Assembly: GCA_964187785.1 (NCBI GenBank)
Contig: OZ076409.1
Coordinates: 46,812,001 to 46,876,000 of the forward strand
DNA from: Amphiscolops sp. MND2022
Lineage: Eukaryota
Length of the DNA: 64,000 nt
Direction of reading: 5' to 3'
Part shown: positions 14,477 to 27,900 of the stretch, in pieces
Position numbering within the stretch: the first letter of the stretch is position 1
How the letters are laid out: every line of letters begins with the position of its first letter
The notes under the pieces: model-generated
Databases searched by the model: none
Seen by the model: only the letters and a program-made list of their open reading frames with translations
Told to the model about the DNA's origin: nothing
Translations under genes and position numbers: made by a program

Positions 14477-17400
14477 TCAGGAACCAAACAACGAAGGCAA
14501 GGGTACAAGTTTAACGAGTGGGCGAGCAAAAAGACCCTTGAAGGTTTTGTTGGTAGCTAATCGAGCATTACCGTCATCAATTATGTTCAACTTGACAACA
14601 CGTCCCAGGGCATATTGACCCTTAGGACTTGAACTATCAACGAGCCAAACTAAACTGTCAATTGAGATAGGTACCGTTGAATCAGAAAACCAAGTGGACC
14701 TGGTTTGCAACTAGGGAACATATTCGTTTAGCCAACGGCGCCAAATCAATTCAGTATAACAGTCAGCCTGACGCAACACGCGCCGATGAGAATGATCATT
14801 GGTTTGAACTAAGCTAACAGAACGACCTAGCAAAAAGTGATTGGGTGTTAAAGCTTCAAGATCATTCACATCGGAACTCGTGCAATTAGAGGTCGAGCTT
14901 TCAGGAGCGGCTCTATTAGGCATGAAGTAGTCAACAAAGTCTAATCGGTTATACGGAGACCACTCAAAACAGCAAACATGGCTTTTTTGCACGACATAAC
15001 TAATCGCTTCCAATTTCCAAAGGGAATGCGGACACCCAGGAGTGTTACATTTCCATTCGCAACCCCGATGGGTCAAGTGAGATGATGTTTTGTCACATTG
15101 AGAAAGGGATAAAGCAAAGTTTTTGTGCTCCTACAAAATTAGTGCCATTATCGGAGGTTTTTCGTTTTCGGTACACCCCTCAGCGCTATGAATCGCTGAA
15201 TGGCTAACAAACAAGAGTCAGCAGGCGGTGAGCGAATGACAAACTTCCAAATGAATGGCTCTGGTGGTTTGACAAGAGAAGAAACAACACCAACGGTTCT
15301 GCGTGGAACGAAGAACCATCACCTCGAACGGGACAAAGAAAACTAAGCCAGTGAACACAAACGGCGGTTGATTGAAACCAAATCGCTCACTGGGCAAGTC
15401 AGCCATCTGAGGCTCTACAAAACTTGGACTTCGTTTTCTACACAACAAACAATTGTTCTTGATACGACGAAGATCGGATCTCAATCCAACAATCCAATAC
15501 TTCTGTTGCACAAATGACCGCAAGAATTCGACGCCCTCATGGGAATTCTTCGAATGAACTTTAAGTAGAAACAACTTAACAACTGGATGTTGAGAGAAAA
15601 GAATGATTGGATGGTTTTGTTCGAAGCTCAAACTGGAAGCTCTACGGATCCTTCCACGGGCCCTAATCAAACGTCACACATGAACGGGACTAATGGAGCA
15701 ATGGTTGATCGGTCAAGTACAGTGTTGCTCTATTCGAGAGAGCCTTAATATTTGGCAAATGGTTGCTGTTGAACTAGGCGCCAAATGGTAACTTTAGATT
15801 TACTCAGTTCCTCAGAGGTCAAAAAAAGTATTTGGTTCCTTATTCAGTGTTTCTCGCCGTTGTTTAAAGAACTTTCGCACTCTCAGCACATAACCCATAA
15901 TTCGTTTCAGTTTATTGAAACAAGAGAACTTGCCAAAAAGCTCATCAAAGGCATCTTTCTGCTCGGCGGATTGCACTAGGGCTGTGGCACATACAGCTAT
16001 TTTGATTCGTGATTGCTATCAAAATCTGGTTTTCTAGGCCATTGATCTTTTTCAAATTATAAAAAAGACTGTCCACTGAACCACTCACTATGTTTCAGTT
16101 CGGTTACTTTCATACCGCGAGTGCCAATGCCGGCGGGGTTTTGCATTCCTGGAACAAAATTCCACTCATCAACACTTGAGTGATCCAATGTTTCGACCAC
16201 ACAGTTGGCAACAAAAACAGACAAACGTTTATGAGAAGATTCAATCCATTGAAGGACAGTGCAACTGCCGCTCCACAAAAAGGTTTCTTCGATTGTCAAT
16301 GGCAAAAACCTTTTAATTGAGGTCACAAGCTGCAGACCTACCAGAGCTGCTTGCAGTTCAAGCCTGGGTATAGTGGTCGCACGTTTGGGGGCGACACGGC
16401 ACTTTCCCACTAAGAATGAACTTGACTTGCAACAATTGATCACAATGGGCACGTGAATAAATAACTGCACACATAGCAGATCGCGAAGCATCAACAAAGA
16501 CGTGCAGCTGAGCGTTAGTTATCAAAGGGCCTCGAAAAAAGCAACGCTCAAGTTTGATGTCGGGAATATTCAATATTTCAACATCACATTCAACAAAGGC
16601 AGTCAATTTTACCAGAGACTGGCGCGTTCCAAATTTGGCCTTTGACGAACCAAAGTTGTATCAGAATTTAGCGGCTTCCTTTGATGAAAGGGGGAATGAA
16701 ACCCATAGGATCAAAAATTCCGGAAACGGCGAATAAAACTTTTCGCTTAGTAATTGCGTCGGTAGTAGTCAGTTGAGTTAAACCTCGACACATACTCAAT
16801 AGATCTGTTTTGGGGTCCTATTGTATCCTCAAAACGCTAGTTTCAGACATATCATTGAAGTTACGTTTGTCGAAGGAAACATTTTCAGACAGTCGGTTGA
16901 AGGTTTCTACATCATTGGTTATGAACTCGGTGAAATTGAACTCAAAACTATCCAACATTTGCTCGACCTAAAGAGCATCCGAAAGAGCGTTATCAGGATT
17001 GAGAAAAGACTTCAAAACGTCATCGACATAGAATGAATCGAAAACTAATTCAAAAATTAAAGATGATTGCAAACGGTGATCTCTAGCCTTTTGTTGACCA
17101 CTTAAATTAGCGACAGTGGGAGATGAAGTTTTACCAAAGATATGACGCGTATACTGTTAGACTTCAATCTCATCATTGATCCCGTCTCTCCACAGGAAAC
17201 ACAGAAACTTCTGTTCGTTCTCTGGTACTCCGATTTGCATGAACCGTAAGCAGTTATTGCAACGCGAAACATACGAAATGGGAGGAAGATGCCAATCAAG
17301 TCAACAAAAGGTGGGGGCCAGGCACGAGAACTTCGTTCAGCGAAACAAACCGGCAGCAATATGGAAGCGGCATTACATTCTCATGCTTGTTTGGAATTAT

Positions 17401-19967
17401 TCACAGGCAGATACTACTGCGGATCTTTCTCCCCAGATGTCATTTCTTCGACAGTTACTCTGTGAACGTAACCTTTCAGTTTATCAACTTAAATTGAGTC
17501 AGCGTAATTGTCAGGATTTTTTTCAAGCGGTTTCCCTAAAGATCAACATCGATGAACAAGGCATAAGACTCAGAAGACCACCATTTAGACATCTTTGCTG
17601 AGAGTTTCTCGTTTTCACAACAAATCATCTCTTCGTTCGCTGCGAAGCAAATTGAGTCTTTTAGTGATTTACAATTGGGAAATTGTCTGCTCACAACCCA
17701 ACCTAGGGATAACTGAACACCCAAGGTGAATGGCTTTCCAACTTCGTGTATCCCAAAACACAAATCCCAAAATAGACATCTTGACCCTAGATGACGGATG
17801 TTTCAGAGATAAGATGTCAATGACCTCAGCGAAGACTACTTCTAAATGTGGACATGCTCTTTCACACTTTTCATATCAATGCTCTCTGTTCCGAACGACA
17901 ACCCTGGCCTGACGAGGGCGGAAAACCTTAATGGAACACAGCCTTCTTTTTCATCTTGTGCTACCTTCGAAAGACCATGTCACCCCTCAAATTGAGACAA
18001 TTTCATTGAAGCCTAAAAGGCTCAACTCAGGCCTAAGAGATTCGCAAAGTCAGGAATTGGAACTTCCTGTATCACAAAGAACCCATGCCCTTGTGGTTGT
18101 AGAGTCATTCTTCAACCCAAATTCGATAACTTGCAAAGCCCCTTTTTGAGCCCGAGGTGATATTGTACAAGAATAAACCCCCTCCCCTGAAACTTTGGAA
18201 TCAACAGCAGGTAATAACGGTTCACTTGAATGAAGCAAAACATTGCGCGCTTTGGTGCCTCCTGGTTTTGGACAATTCAGCCTTTTTTTACAAAACGTGG
18301 GTCATGTGGCCACTTTGGAGCCAAGAAAATTATAGCTGATTCTCACGAACAAATTAAGTTCGCTGCTTCACTGTTTTCCCAGAAAACGAAAAACATTTCC
18401 AAATCCCATGACTTTGTTTGCAAAACTGACATGAATCACTCACTTTGGTAGCTTGTTGGTCTTTACGGGTTACATTGGCCGAAAAACTTGTATGCTTTTT
18501 GACTTTTTGAAATTCACAGACTATTGAACATTAGAAATGGAAACAACAACTTTTTCGTGGATGGATGCCTTCCGTGGCAGCCAATCGCTGAATGTCAACA
18601 AATTCACGGGAGTAGCCGAACGCTCATTAAGGGTGAACCACTGCTCACGCATGTTGATCGGAAGCATGGAAACTAGAAGCGACAAGTTACTTGTGGACTG
18701 GAGATCATTGAAAAAGTTTTCAGATGTCCAGACTGACACAAACGAATTTACAACTTGTGAAAAAGTCTACTTTGGATTCAGAATAGTAAATTTTTGCTTC
18801 AAAAATAATTTTTTGATCTGTGCGCCAACAAGTCAATGAGAAGCACCAAAACGTCTCTTGATTGCTGCGAAGGCTTGCTCACAATGAATACCACTGAACC
18901 CGTAACCTTCAATAGTAGCTCGTGCTTTTCCGTTAGTGAAAAGCTTCAGTTACCTCATTCGGCTATCCAGAGACACAGTTGGATTACAACAAGTTGCGGC
19001 AATAAGGCCATGCCATTCAGGCCATTTCAATGGGACGCCTTCAAAGACATCTAATTCGAATTTTGGTAAAGATTCGTGACGCATTTGTTTTTCAAAGAAA
19101 CTTTCGAGCAAGGAAACTGTTGGATTACCCGAGTTTCCTAACAAAGGAACATTGGTTGAACCACCAGGATGTGGCGGACCCCCTCTTCCATATGACTTTG
19201 ATCATAATGGGTTGTTGGCAAAGTGCCAGTAGTAAAGGGATGAAGGCTTGTTGAAAGTGAATCAATTGCGAAAATTGAGACGTTCAGAAAAAGAAAAAAA
19301 GAGAGAAATTTGCTTGCACTGAGATTTTAGGTGGAGAAAAACAGAAGACGTTGAGACCGGATTGCTTCCTTGTGTAATATTTGAAACCAAAGGTACCTTA
19401 GAACAAGACGCACCACCACTAGTCATTTTGTTAGCAGGCGGGACAGTCGACGGGATCTGGTTTGGGAGCGATCTCGAGTTGTACAAAGTATCCGGTTGAA
19501 CCCGCACAACTGATTGTTCGTTTCGGACCTGAATGCTAGTGATGGACTGGGGAACTGTATGATATTGGCAAAAGACATTGTTGAATCAGTTTGAGGCTGG
19601 ACAACCGTCTCGAGATGATTAACATTTTGATGGGCAGTAATTTCATCAACGTTCCCTGCTAGCCCATCTTGATTTTCAATAACACTAGTGACCCATTTTT
19701 CCGGTAAGTTTTGAACACTTTCATCGTTCTCGAGATCGACCGAGCCGTCCTCTGAATTTTTGTCAAGTTCGCAGCGTGGACTTTCTTTCGTTTTTCTTCG
19801 TCTATTTGAAGTAACTTTGTGAATAATTTGGCCTCTAGTAGTTTTTTCTGCGCTTCGGTTTGACGTTCAAACTCTTTTTCTTGAAATTCCAACTCAATCT
19901 GAGCTCGCATGCTTGAATATTTCGAAAAACATTTGTAACCTTCACTTCTTGTTGTCGGAATTCTCAA
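14477..19967 (-). pseudogene. Fragmented BEL/Pao gag-pol
   Basis: Gag LPKFELDVFEG..KWPEW, protease VLCDTGSS, RT FYVDD (~17019-17033), RNase H HVFVDAS and TIPRLEL, integrase HEGVE..C..C, ALTPNHFLLGR and WRRWLNEY. Many frameshifts and stops; the start is uncertain. Confidence 0.9.
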
Positions 19968-21359
19968 ATATTTTTGCGTTTTTTCAAAAACTTCCTTTCA
20001 AGAATTGTTGATTTGGGAGCTAGTTGCCGTAACTTCATTGCAAAGGTTTCATTGCAAAAATTTCCTCTTTGCTTTCCAAAAGTTTCGCTGTTTTGTCTGC
20101 AATCTACTGATGAAAACCATTGCATTCGTCGAAAAAGTAAGAAAATTTTGTCCGACGGTGTTTTTGCAGGATAAGCTCATCGAGTTACTCAACCATATCC
20201 CGCAAACCATCGTTTCGATGGAAAAATTTTGCCAAAACCAAACACAATTTTTTACCTACCTAAACAGAGTGAAAAACAATCCCCAGAAGTTTAGACTAAC
20301 CCCTACCCAACATAAAGGTCTATCACTAAGATAACCAAAAGGCTACCACGTTTTAGTTTATTTACAAATCCCCATAAAGGTCAACTCGAATTAAAGATTT
20401 TTCAAATGCCCCTCAAAGTTCCAAGATTTTCCCTAACCTTCAAAAACAAGAAAATTCTGACGGTGGCTGAAGGTGTTAAATGTGGAAAAAACCAACTCCA
20501 AGGAAAAGTCCTTGAATGGAAAAACTCAAAGAAACAAATCGTTTACAGGAGAACCAAAAGTTTAGGAGGAATGATTGTCGGAGAAGATGTTAAACGGCAA
20601 CTGATTAAGGGTGAAATTGGCTAAGCAAAATTGGCGTAAAGCCAAAGTAAACTACATAAGGCAGAAAAGCATAAAGGGCATTAGGCCAAATATAAAGCGA
20701 AAGCATGATGCTATAAAGTGTCATAGGGGCAAAATAGCAACAACTAACAAAAAGCGCCATAAAAACAACAAAAAATTGGAAATATTGGCTCTGTGGGGAT
20801 GATCAACAAATTTCAGAAAAATGCAAAAGTCTCGTGTGCAAAGACAAAGAAAACTTCAAGGATTTAGCACGCAACAGCGAGTTTCAAAACAATTGTCCAA
20901 AAAAGCACCAAACTCACAAGTTTGTTCGAAAACCTGCAACTTTGGATGTCTCAATGACGTCTGTACTGTAAAAGTTAATTTGCAAAGTTGGAGTATAAAA
21001 AGGGACTCTGATGTCTAGCTACTACGAGACGCTGATGTCTTTGAAAAAACAAGACGCTGATATCTTCAGAAACACAGATGCTGATGTCTGGATGTACTGT
21101 TTTAGTACTCACGAACCCTTGTGGCGGAGCAAACTTCCTCGTTACAACTGCAAACTGCAAAACTGGGAACGGCCACTACGACGGTTGCTCTGCGATGACT
21201 GCGTTGGAAGAAAAGCAACAAACAGCTACAAACCCCAAGTCAACAACAATAAACAACAAATGACTCAATATAACAAAATCCTCTAGGCAAGTGAAGCTGG
21301 TGACGACAGCTAAAGTAAGTAGTGGAGCCCTGGGACTTGGCTTCGGTGTCGGCGGATCA

Positions 21360-22077
21360 TGTTTGGTGCGCGCATTGCGAACCCAAGAAACAAGATGAAT
21401 AAAAAACAAGAGTAAATTCAAAGTTGAATAGAAAGTTGAGGTTGAACAGAAACAGAAAGACTATTAAATTTATCAAAGAGTCAAATGAACTGAACAGCAG
21501 TTCTCAAAAAAGCAGATACGATGAATTGGTAGACTCTAATTCCTCAGTTATTGACAAAGACTATCACAAGTGTTCAAAATGAGCCACTGCTCAAACCGAA
21601 TTTTTCTGTTCCAATGAGCCTACCCAAAGCCGGGACAAAGTCTAAGAACCAATCTTAAGCCACCAGTTAACTACTTGCAAAAAGTCTGGGTAAAAGGGGA
21701 CAGAGGGTGGTTGGGTTCCTAAAAGTTCACTAAAAGTTTGCAGTCATCCAAGATAATCATGTAATTCGGTTAAGACGTTTGACCTTTGAACGGAATAAGC
21801 ATTCGGAAAGCAAGGACTTTTGACACACATAGGTACTTTGAACTTGAAAGGTTTGGACTAAACAACAAAGTCAAAAAGGATCAATGTCAAACTTGGTAAC
21901 GAAAGCCGGTAACGGTGAACTAAATTGAATGGCTAGCTTCATTTTGTCAAACAACTTTCATCGCGGCAACGAGCGCTGTTTCAATTGAGTTTTTAATTGT
22001 TTCAAATGTTAAGTAACATTTTTACGATGGCTTGCAGGTTACGATGATCTTCAACACATCATTGAACGGTAAGAACA
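21360..22077 (-). repeat. 5' LTR of the old BEL/Pao
   Basis: On the minus strand it begins TGTTCTTACCG and ends GCACCAAACA, followed immediately by the PBS-like sequence. Confidence 0.9.
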
Positions 22078-23482
22078 AAGAATAAATTAACTCTGCCTAA
22101 AGAGGGATTAACCATCGTGTTCATATCACGCATTTTCAAGTATTTCCTAATCGGGGATGCTTTCTTTGTCTCATTTTTCAGAAACAATGTGACCAAGAAC
22201 AATTCAAAAAAATTCATCTCGACAAAGTGTGTTTGTTAATTAATACCAGTCGAAGACTGCTCATGTTCATAAATTCGAGATATAATCAACGTTCTTCGAT
22301 TATCTCCGTTTCTAAATCAACTGTGTACTAAAAAACTACTCGAATCAATAATAATGATGTAGAGAAACGCCAGAAAATCTAGATGAGTAGAAAAGTTTGA
22401 TATGTGGCCTCTCGGATCATCGTGGTTGTCCTGCTGTTCTGTTTCGATCTTGTACTGTCCCAAAACTTAAAGTTGGGTCAGCTCAGTTCTTTACTGTTTT
22501 CAACAATTTCTTGTCCCTGTGGCTCTAGTTGTTCTTTTTCTTGTTCGGGATCGCTTCCAGTAACTTCGCAAGCTTCAAGCTGCCGATAGCCTCTTCGATT
22601 CAGTTCACCTTATCATCTTATCGTCTCACTGTGCCTGATCTCAAGAATTGCGAACGCATCTCCACTAATTCGACTGTTCCCAGGTTGTTTTCACTTTTTT
22701 ACGTCTTTTCAAAGTCTTCCTTGTCTCCGTTGTAGCCTTCAAACACGAACTTTTTTGCCTTTTTCAATTCAACCAAAACTTTGGTACTAACATTGTCAAG
22801 GTGGTTTCGTCACAAGGACGTAACTCGTTATGGAAAACTGTTTTCAATTTTGATAAAGGGCTCTTTTTGTTTTTGTGAGATTCCGTTCTGTTGATTGGAA
22901 TGTGTATTGGTGAAAATGGTTCCAGTTCAAGTTGTTCAACAAGACCATGTTCATTTCTCGTTGACTTTTGCCTCTGAATGAGTTCAGAATTTCATAGAAG
23001 TTTATCATAAAACTCTCTTTTTCTCATTTACTATTCGCCTCAAGATCCGCGTCAATGCAAAGGAGTATTCGTTACACTTTTGTGGTTTTGAAGACTTTGA
23101 ATCCATATTTCTTCTAACCTGTTATATCTAGAAAAATTATATTTGAAGCTTCTTTTGACAGAATAAGTTTTAAAAAATGACTCAAAGTGTCATTTCAGCA
23201 TATTTGATCATTTTTGAATGTTTTATTAGGGCTCAAAAAAACTTTAAAATAGTCAATTATTCTCATTTTCGAAATTTGCAAGATTGAAATCTCAAACTTG
23301 AACCAAAAATTGAAATAGAACAGTTGCAGCAATCATTTATATTTATCCAGTATTTTTTCTCAATCTCACTGTTCTTTCCGACAATTTTGATGAAAACTTG
23401 GCAAGGTAGTGTGTTGCTCTGAAGTAAGACTAGGTGTTTTTGCCGTTTAGCCTTCATTTTCGTCTTGTTTTATCATATATAG

Positions 23483-23769
23483 TGTTCTGAATGGAATTTT
23501 ATTTGAAATCGATGAATCATTCCTTCAAATAATTGACTTCAAACAAATTATAGTTCAAAATTGTAAAGCATACATGTATCTTGGATGAATATTTCCCTCG
23601 GCATTTTGTAAATAATTTCACATGTGTTTTTTGTTTTCCCGCATCCTGTGTGTTTTAATTGCTAGACACAAATCTTCCGGAACTAATAATTTTTCCTTTT
23701 TTAATCATTTTTTGGCTGATGGAGCGGCCTGGTCCGCCATAAGAAAAGTAGGGCTATCGGTGAGACACA
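23483..23769 (+). repeat. 5' LTR (287 bp) of the young BEL/Pao
   Basis: TGTTCTGAATGG...GTGAGACACA; matches 30298-30584. Confidence 0.98.
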
Positions 23770-23772
23770 TTT

Positions 23773-23790
23773 TGGTCCGCCATAGACCCC
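23773..23790 (+). promoter_or_regulatory. Primer-binding site TGGTCCGCCATAGACCCC (possibly tRNA-Tyr type)
   Basis: TGG lies 3 nt after the LTR end. TGG-T-C fits a tRNA with A73 and G72, as in eukaryotic tRNA-Tyr. The tRNA identity is an inference. Confidence 0.7.
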
Positions 23791-24147
23791 GGGCTTACGA
23801 ACTTTGAACTTTCGAAAAGAAACTACTTTTTTGGAACTTTGTACCAAAAGTTGTCCTTACAAAAGTAACACTCGATTGTCAAGTAACTAATTACCAAGTA
23901 ACTAACTTGCAAACCCTTCAACCTGCTAGTCTCAACTTCATCCACGATTGATCGTCATTCCCCGGTTAGCTCTTTCCATTTTACAACTTAAAGGCATTTC
24001 GTTTTTTTGACGGTGAAAAAACTGTGGATCCCCCTGATAGTTTGTCCTTTATTATTACTTCCTGAAATTTTGGATACAGATAGTCACATTTTTACGAAGT
24101 CTCTGATCGACCTTCAGCTTACCCCTAGCAAACCGAAAACTTCACTC

Positions 24148-24762
24148 ATGATAAATATTATCGGTGCAAGTTCACTAAAACGAGCTTTACAAAACTTGGA
24201 TTTTGATAACCGAAATACCCTTGGGAACTTTATCACAGCCATTCCTTCTTTGAGCTTGAACCCCTATGTTCAAAGTGATACGCTAAAATTGTCTTTTCTA
24301 CTGGATCATGGTATTCTTAAAAATACGAATCAATTAGTTATTTGGCATGACATTCTGAACAACTCCTTGACTCTCCATAAATCAAATAACAATACAGCTC
24401 TTACCCCTAAAGAATTAGCAACTGAATTGTTAAAATATAAATCACGTGTAACAGCCTTAGTCTATTGTGAACGTATTGGTGCACCCCATGCATTTGATGA
24501 TCTTCGTGATCAAGATTTCATTGTTATTCGAGTCACAGAAAATCTTCTTTCTCGAAGAAAACAGAATGATAATCCTCTTTTGAATGAATATTCCCGACTT
24601 CATCCAGTAGCGGATATTGAATTAAAGTCTTTGTTCACTGTTTTGGAGCACCGAAACAATCTTAAAGCTTTATCCCAAAATACAAGAAGCCCCAGCAAGA
24701 AACCTTCTCAAAGGAAAAGAAGATTGAAGAAGCTTTTAGAGCAGAGTTTGAAGTCAACTTAA
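24148..24762 (+). CDS. Extra 204-aa ORF in the BEL/Pao leader; putative SGNH/GDSL-hydrolase-like fold with a basic C-terminal tail
   Basis: Uninterrupted from ATG (24148) to TAA; the frame is open from 24007. Motifs IIGASS, AIPSLS, LVIWHDILNN and RLHP fall in SGNH block I/II/III/V order. Tail KKPSQRKRRLKK. The ORF itself is certain, the fold is inferred. Confidence 0.75.
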   Translation: MINIIGASSLKRALQNLDFDNRNTLGNFITAIPSLSLNPYVQSDTLKLSFLLDHGILKNTNQLVIWHDILNNSLTLHKSNNNTALTPKELATELLKYKSRVTALVYCERIGAPHAFDDLRDQDFIVIRVTENLLSRRKQNDNPLLNEYSRLHPVADIELKSLFTVLEHRNNLKALSQNTRSPSKKPSQRKRRLKKLLEQSLKST

Positions 24763-24906
24763 CGTTAGAAGTTTTTTATTTCATCCTGTGAGTTGAGTTC
24801 GGTGTGGTCACTGGACGATTAGCTCATCGGTGGCCTATCCGACTTGACTTTGAGGATTATTTACTTTGTTTATTGTTCGTGATAGTGTTGTATTGTAATC
24901 TGAAAA

Positions 24907-27900
24907 ATGTCTGTAACTGAAAGTAGTTCTTCCGTACAACCAGCCACTGAAGATAGAAAACTTACTCGCATCCGAGGTGGTCACAAAGGTGCTTTCACTA
25001 GATTGGAACAGAAAGTTGATGAATTTACGGTCACTGCTATTGACTCTTCAACTGAATTATTTCAAGGTGAAGCTTTGCTGAAGACATTACAAGATAGAAT
25101 TGCAATGATTCATAAGTTTGATGCGGAAATTGAATTATTGATAGAAGATGAAGATGATTTAGCCAATGAACTAGAACAGCAAACGGAGTTTCATGTTTCT
25201 GCTAGTGTTACCATCGCTAGGTTGTCTGCATTGATTGAGAATTACAAAAAAGAACGCGATAGACCTCCGCGTGAGTTTTCAACAGACTCTTCTCCATCAA
25301 GCTCTGCCACATCGAGTAGATTGAAGTTGCCTAAACTTCAGTTACCAACATTCACTGGATCATACACTGACTGGATGAGTTTCTTTGACCTATTCAAGGC
25401 CTCCGTCGATTCTAATACCCATCTCTCCAATTCAGAGAAGCTGAACTATTTGAAAGCCTGTGTGAAGGGTGAAGCAGCGAGACTCATTAGTTCAATCTCG
25501 ATAACTGACGCAAACTATAATATTGCCTTTGCATTGTTGAAAGATCGATATGAAAATAAAAGGAGCATCATTCAAGCTCATTTGCAAGCAATTTGGTCGC
25601 AGCCGGTTTTGAAAACTGAATCCGCTCTTGGATTGAGAAAACTTCTGGAACTCACCAATGAGCATTTACGAGCACTCGTTGAACTTGGTCAACCAGTAGA
25701 ACACTGGAATGCAATCTTAGTTTTTGTTCTGACGGACAAGATGGATCCAGAGTCACGTAAGCAGTGGCAGCTTGATAATCCTGGCAGTGACGTTTTGTCT
25801 TGGGAATTATTGTCAAAATTCCTTGACACAAGAAGCCGTGCACTCGAATCGGGTGGCACAAAGGTCATACCGCAACCAAGTGTGACTCCTCCCTGTAACC
25901 AAGGGAATCAAACTCTGACCAAAAGGGTTCAGAATTATGCTGTTCAAGGCTCATCGTGCGAATCTTGCCAGGAGGATCATCGCCTTTACGCTTGTTCACA
26001 ATTCAAAGGAATGTGTCTTGCTGATAGACATAAGTTCATAAAAGACAAAAAGCTCTGTTTCAACTGCTTCCAATCAGGACACTCGTCTAATGCGTGCACA
26101 TCAAAGTTCACTTGTCGTGAGTGCAAAATGAAACATCACACCTTGCTTCATCGACCTCAGAAACAGCTCCCTGATCAACGCACCTCTACAAAGACTTATT
26201 CAAGTATGAATTCGACTTCCAACAAAATGGAGTCTACAAAGCAATTCACCACAGGGCACTTTAGTGCTGACAATGAAATAAATACTGTTCTTCTTTCTAC
26301 ATCTCTTGTAACAATTCGGAATTCATCGGGAGACGCGATCAGGCTGCGGGCTCTCTTAGATTCTGGTTCACAAGCCAGTTTCGTAACAGAAGATGTTGCA
26401 AAGGCGCTCATGCTGCCAACTCAGCGCAGCCAAATAAATGTTTCTACAATGGGTTCTTCCCATTTCCAAAATACTCGAGGCTTATTGCCTGTGAAGTTGA
26501 ATGATACTATCGAAGTTAATCTTCATCTCATACCAAAAATCTCCAATACCATTCTTGATAAAGAAATTGACGTTTCGACCATGCGCCATGTGAAAAATCT
26601 TAACTTAGCTGATCCCACTTTCAACGTTCCTAATAAGGTTGATCTCTTGCTAGGTGCAGATGTTATAGAAGACATTATGCTTGATAATAAAATAAAGGAC
26701 AACGGCTTGTGCATTCGGGATTCCGTATTCGGTTGGGTTGTGTCTGGTCCTGTGTATTCGTCTGGCAGCAACAACGTTGTATCCCACATGACTACCACTC
26801 CGAATTGTGACTCTGACCAACTCCTTTTGAAATTTTGGGAAATAGAAAGTGTCCCCGAAACTAGACATTTAACTTTGGATGAGCGTCGTTGTGAAGAGCA
26901 CTTCGATAGCACCACAAAACGCAATGAAGACGGCCGTTTTGTAGTACAGATGCCATTTAAAGATGGACCCCACAATTTAGGACTTTCGAAAGCGAACGCA
27001 ATGAAGCGTTTCATTCGTCTCGAATACACTTTGCGCCATAATGTCGATTTTTTTCGAAAGTATTCAGCTTTTATTCAAGAATTCATTGACCTTGGACACT
27101 TGGAGAAGGTCCAACCCGGGGAGATTAATAATTCTCCGAACTTCTACTTGCCTCATCATTGCGTGCTGAAAGAAGATAGTAAAACCACCAAGTTGCGTGT
27201 TGTATTTGACGCTAGTGCTAAAACGACAACTGGTTTTTCACTTAATGATTGTTTGCTAGTTGGTCCCAAACTTCAAGATGATTTGTTTAATATTCTCGTA
27301 CGATTCCGTTTCTTCAAGATTGCTTTATCAGCTGATGTAGCGAAGATGTATCGGCAAGTTGAGCTGGATAAAGCCGATCGAGACTTTCATCGGATCCTCT
27401 GGAGATTTACAGCTGATGGTCCGGTTGAAACCTTACGCATGACCCGAGTTACATATGGCGTAGCTTCCTCATCGTATCATTCAATCCGATCTTTACGAGA
27501 ATGTGCCGATTTGTCGGAAGTATCCACTGAGGTTCAAAGAGCTATATTGAGAGATTTTTATGTTGATGACATTCTCACTGGAGCCAATTCGATCGATGAA
27601 GCTCGAATACTCCAAAAGCAATTAGTAGAAACTCTTAAACGAGGAAGATTCGATCTCCGCAAGTGGACTTCGAACGAATCCAGCATTATCTTAGACATTC
27701 CGCCCGAGTATCGCGAAGCAAATGATAACTTGGAGTTTTTAGACAAAGACCATACAATAAAAACGCTCGGTATTGTTTGGCAACACAGCGAAGATCGCTT
27801 CGTTTTTAAGGTTTCCCACATCGAAAAGGAAAACTTTAAAGCAAAGGTCTTGACCAACAGACAAATGCTCAGTGACATTTCAAAGACTTTCGACCCATTG

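Larger units (their letters stand above)
13774..22077 (-). mobile_element. BEL/Pao LTR retrotransposon, full-length but old and decayed
   Basis: Two visibly diverged ~700-bp LTRs with TGTT...AAC(A) ends. TSD AAGAG (13769-13773) versus AAGAA (22078-22082). PBS-like TGATCCGCCGACACC follows the 5' LTR and purine-rich GGGGCACGGGAG precedes the 3' LTR. Internal Pao motifs are present. Confidence 0.93.

Noticed and set aside
20000..21340. Extra SGNH-like ORF in the leader of the older BEL/Pao
   Set aside because: No minus-strand ORF or matching motif seen. Decay could hide one, so a tBLASTn with the 204-aa protein is needed.
24007..24147. TTG start and hydrophobic N-terminus (signal peptide or env-like) for the extra ORF
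   Set aside because: TTG initiation is unlikely in a eukaryote. The first ATG (24148) immediately precedes the block-I-like motif, and no env features are seen.
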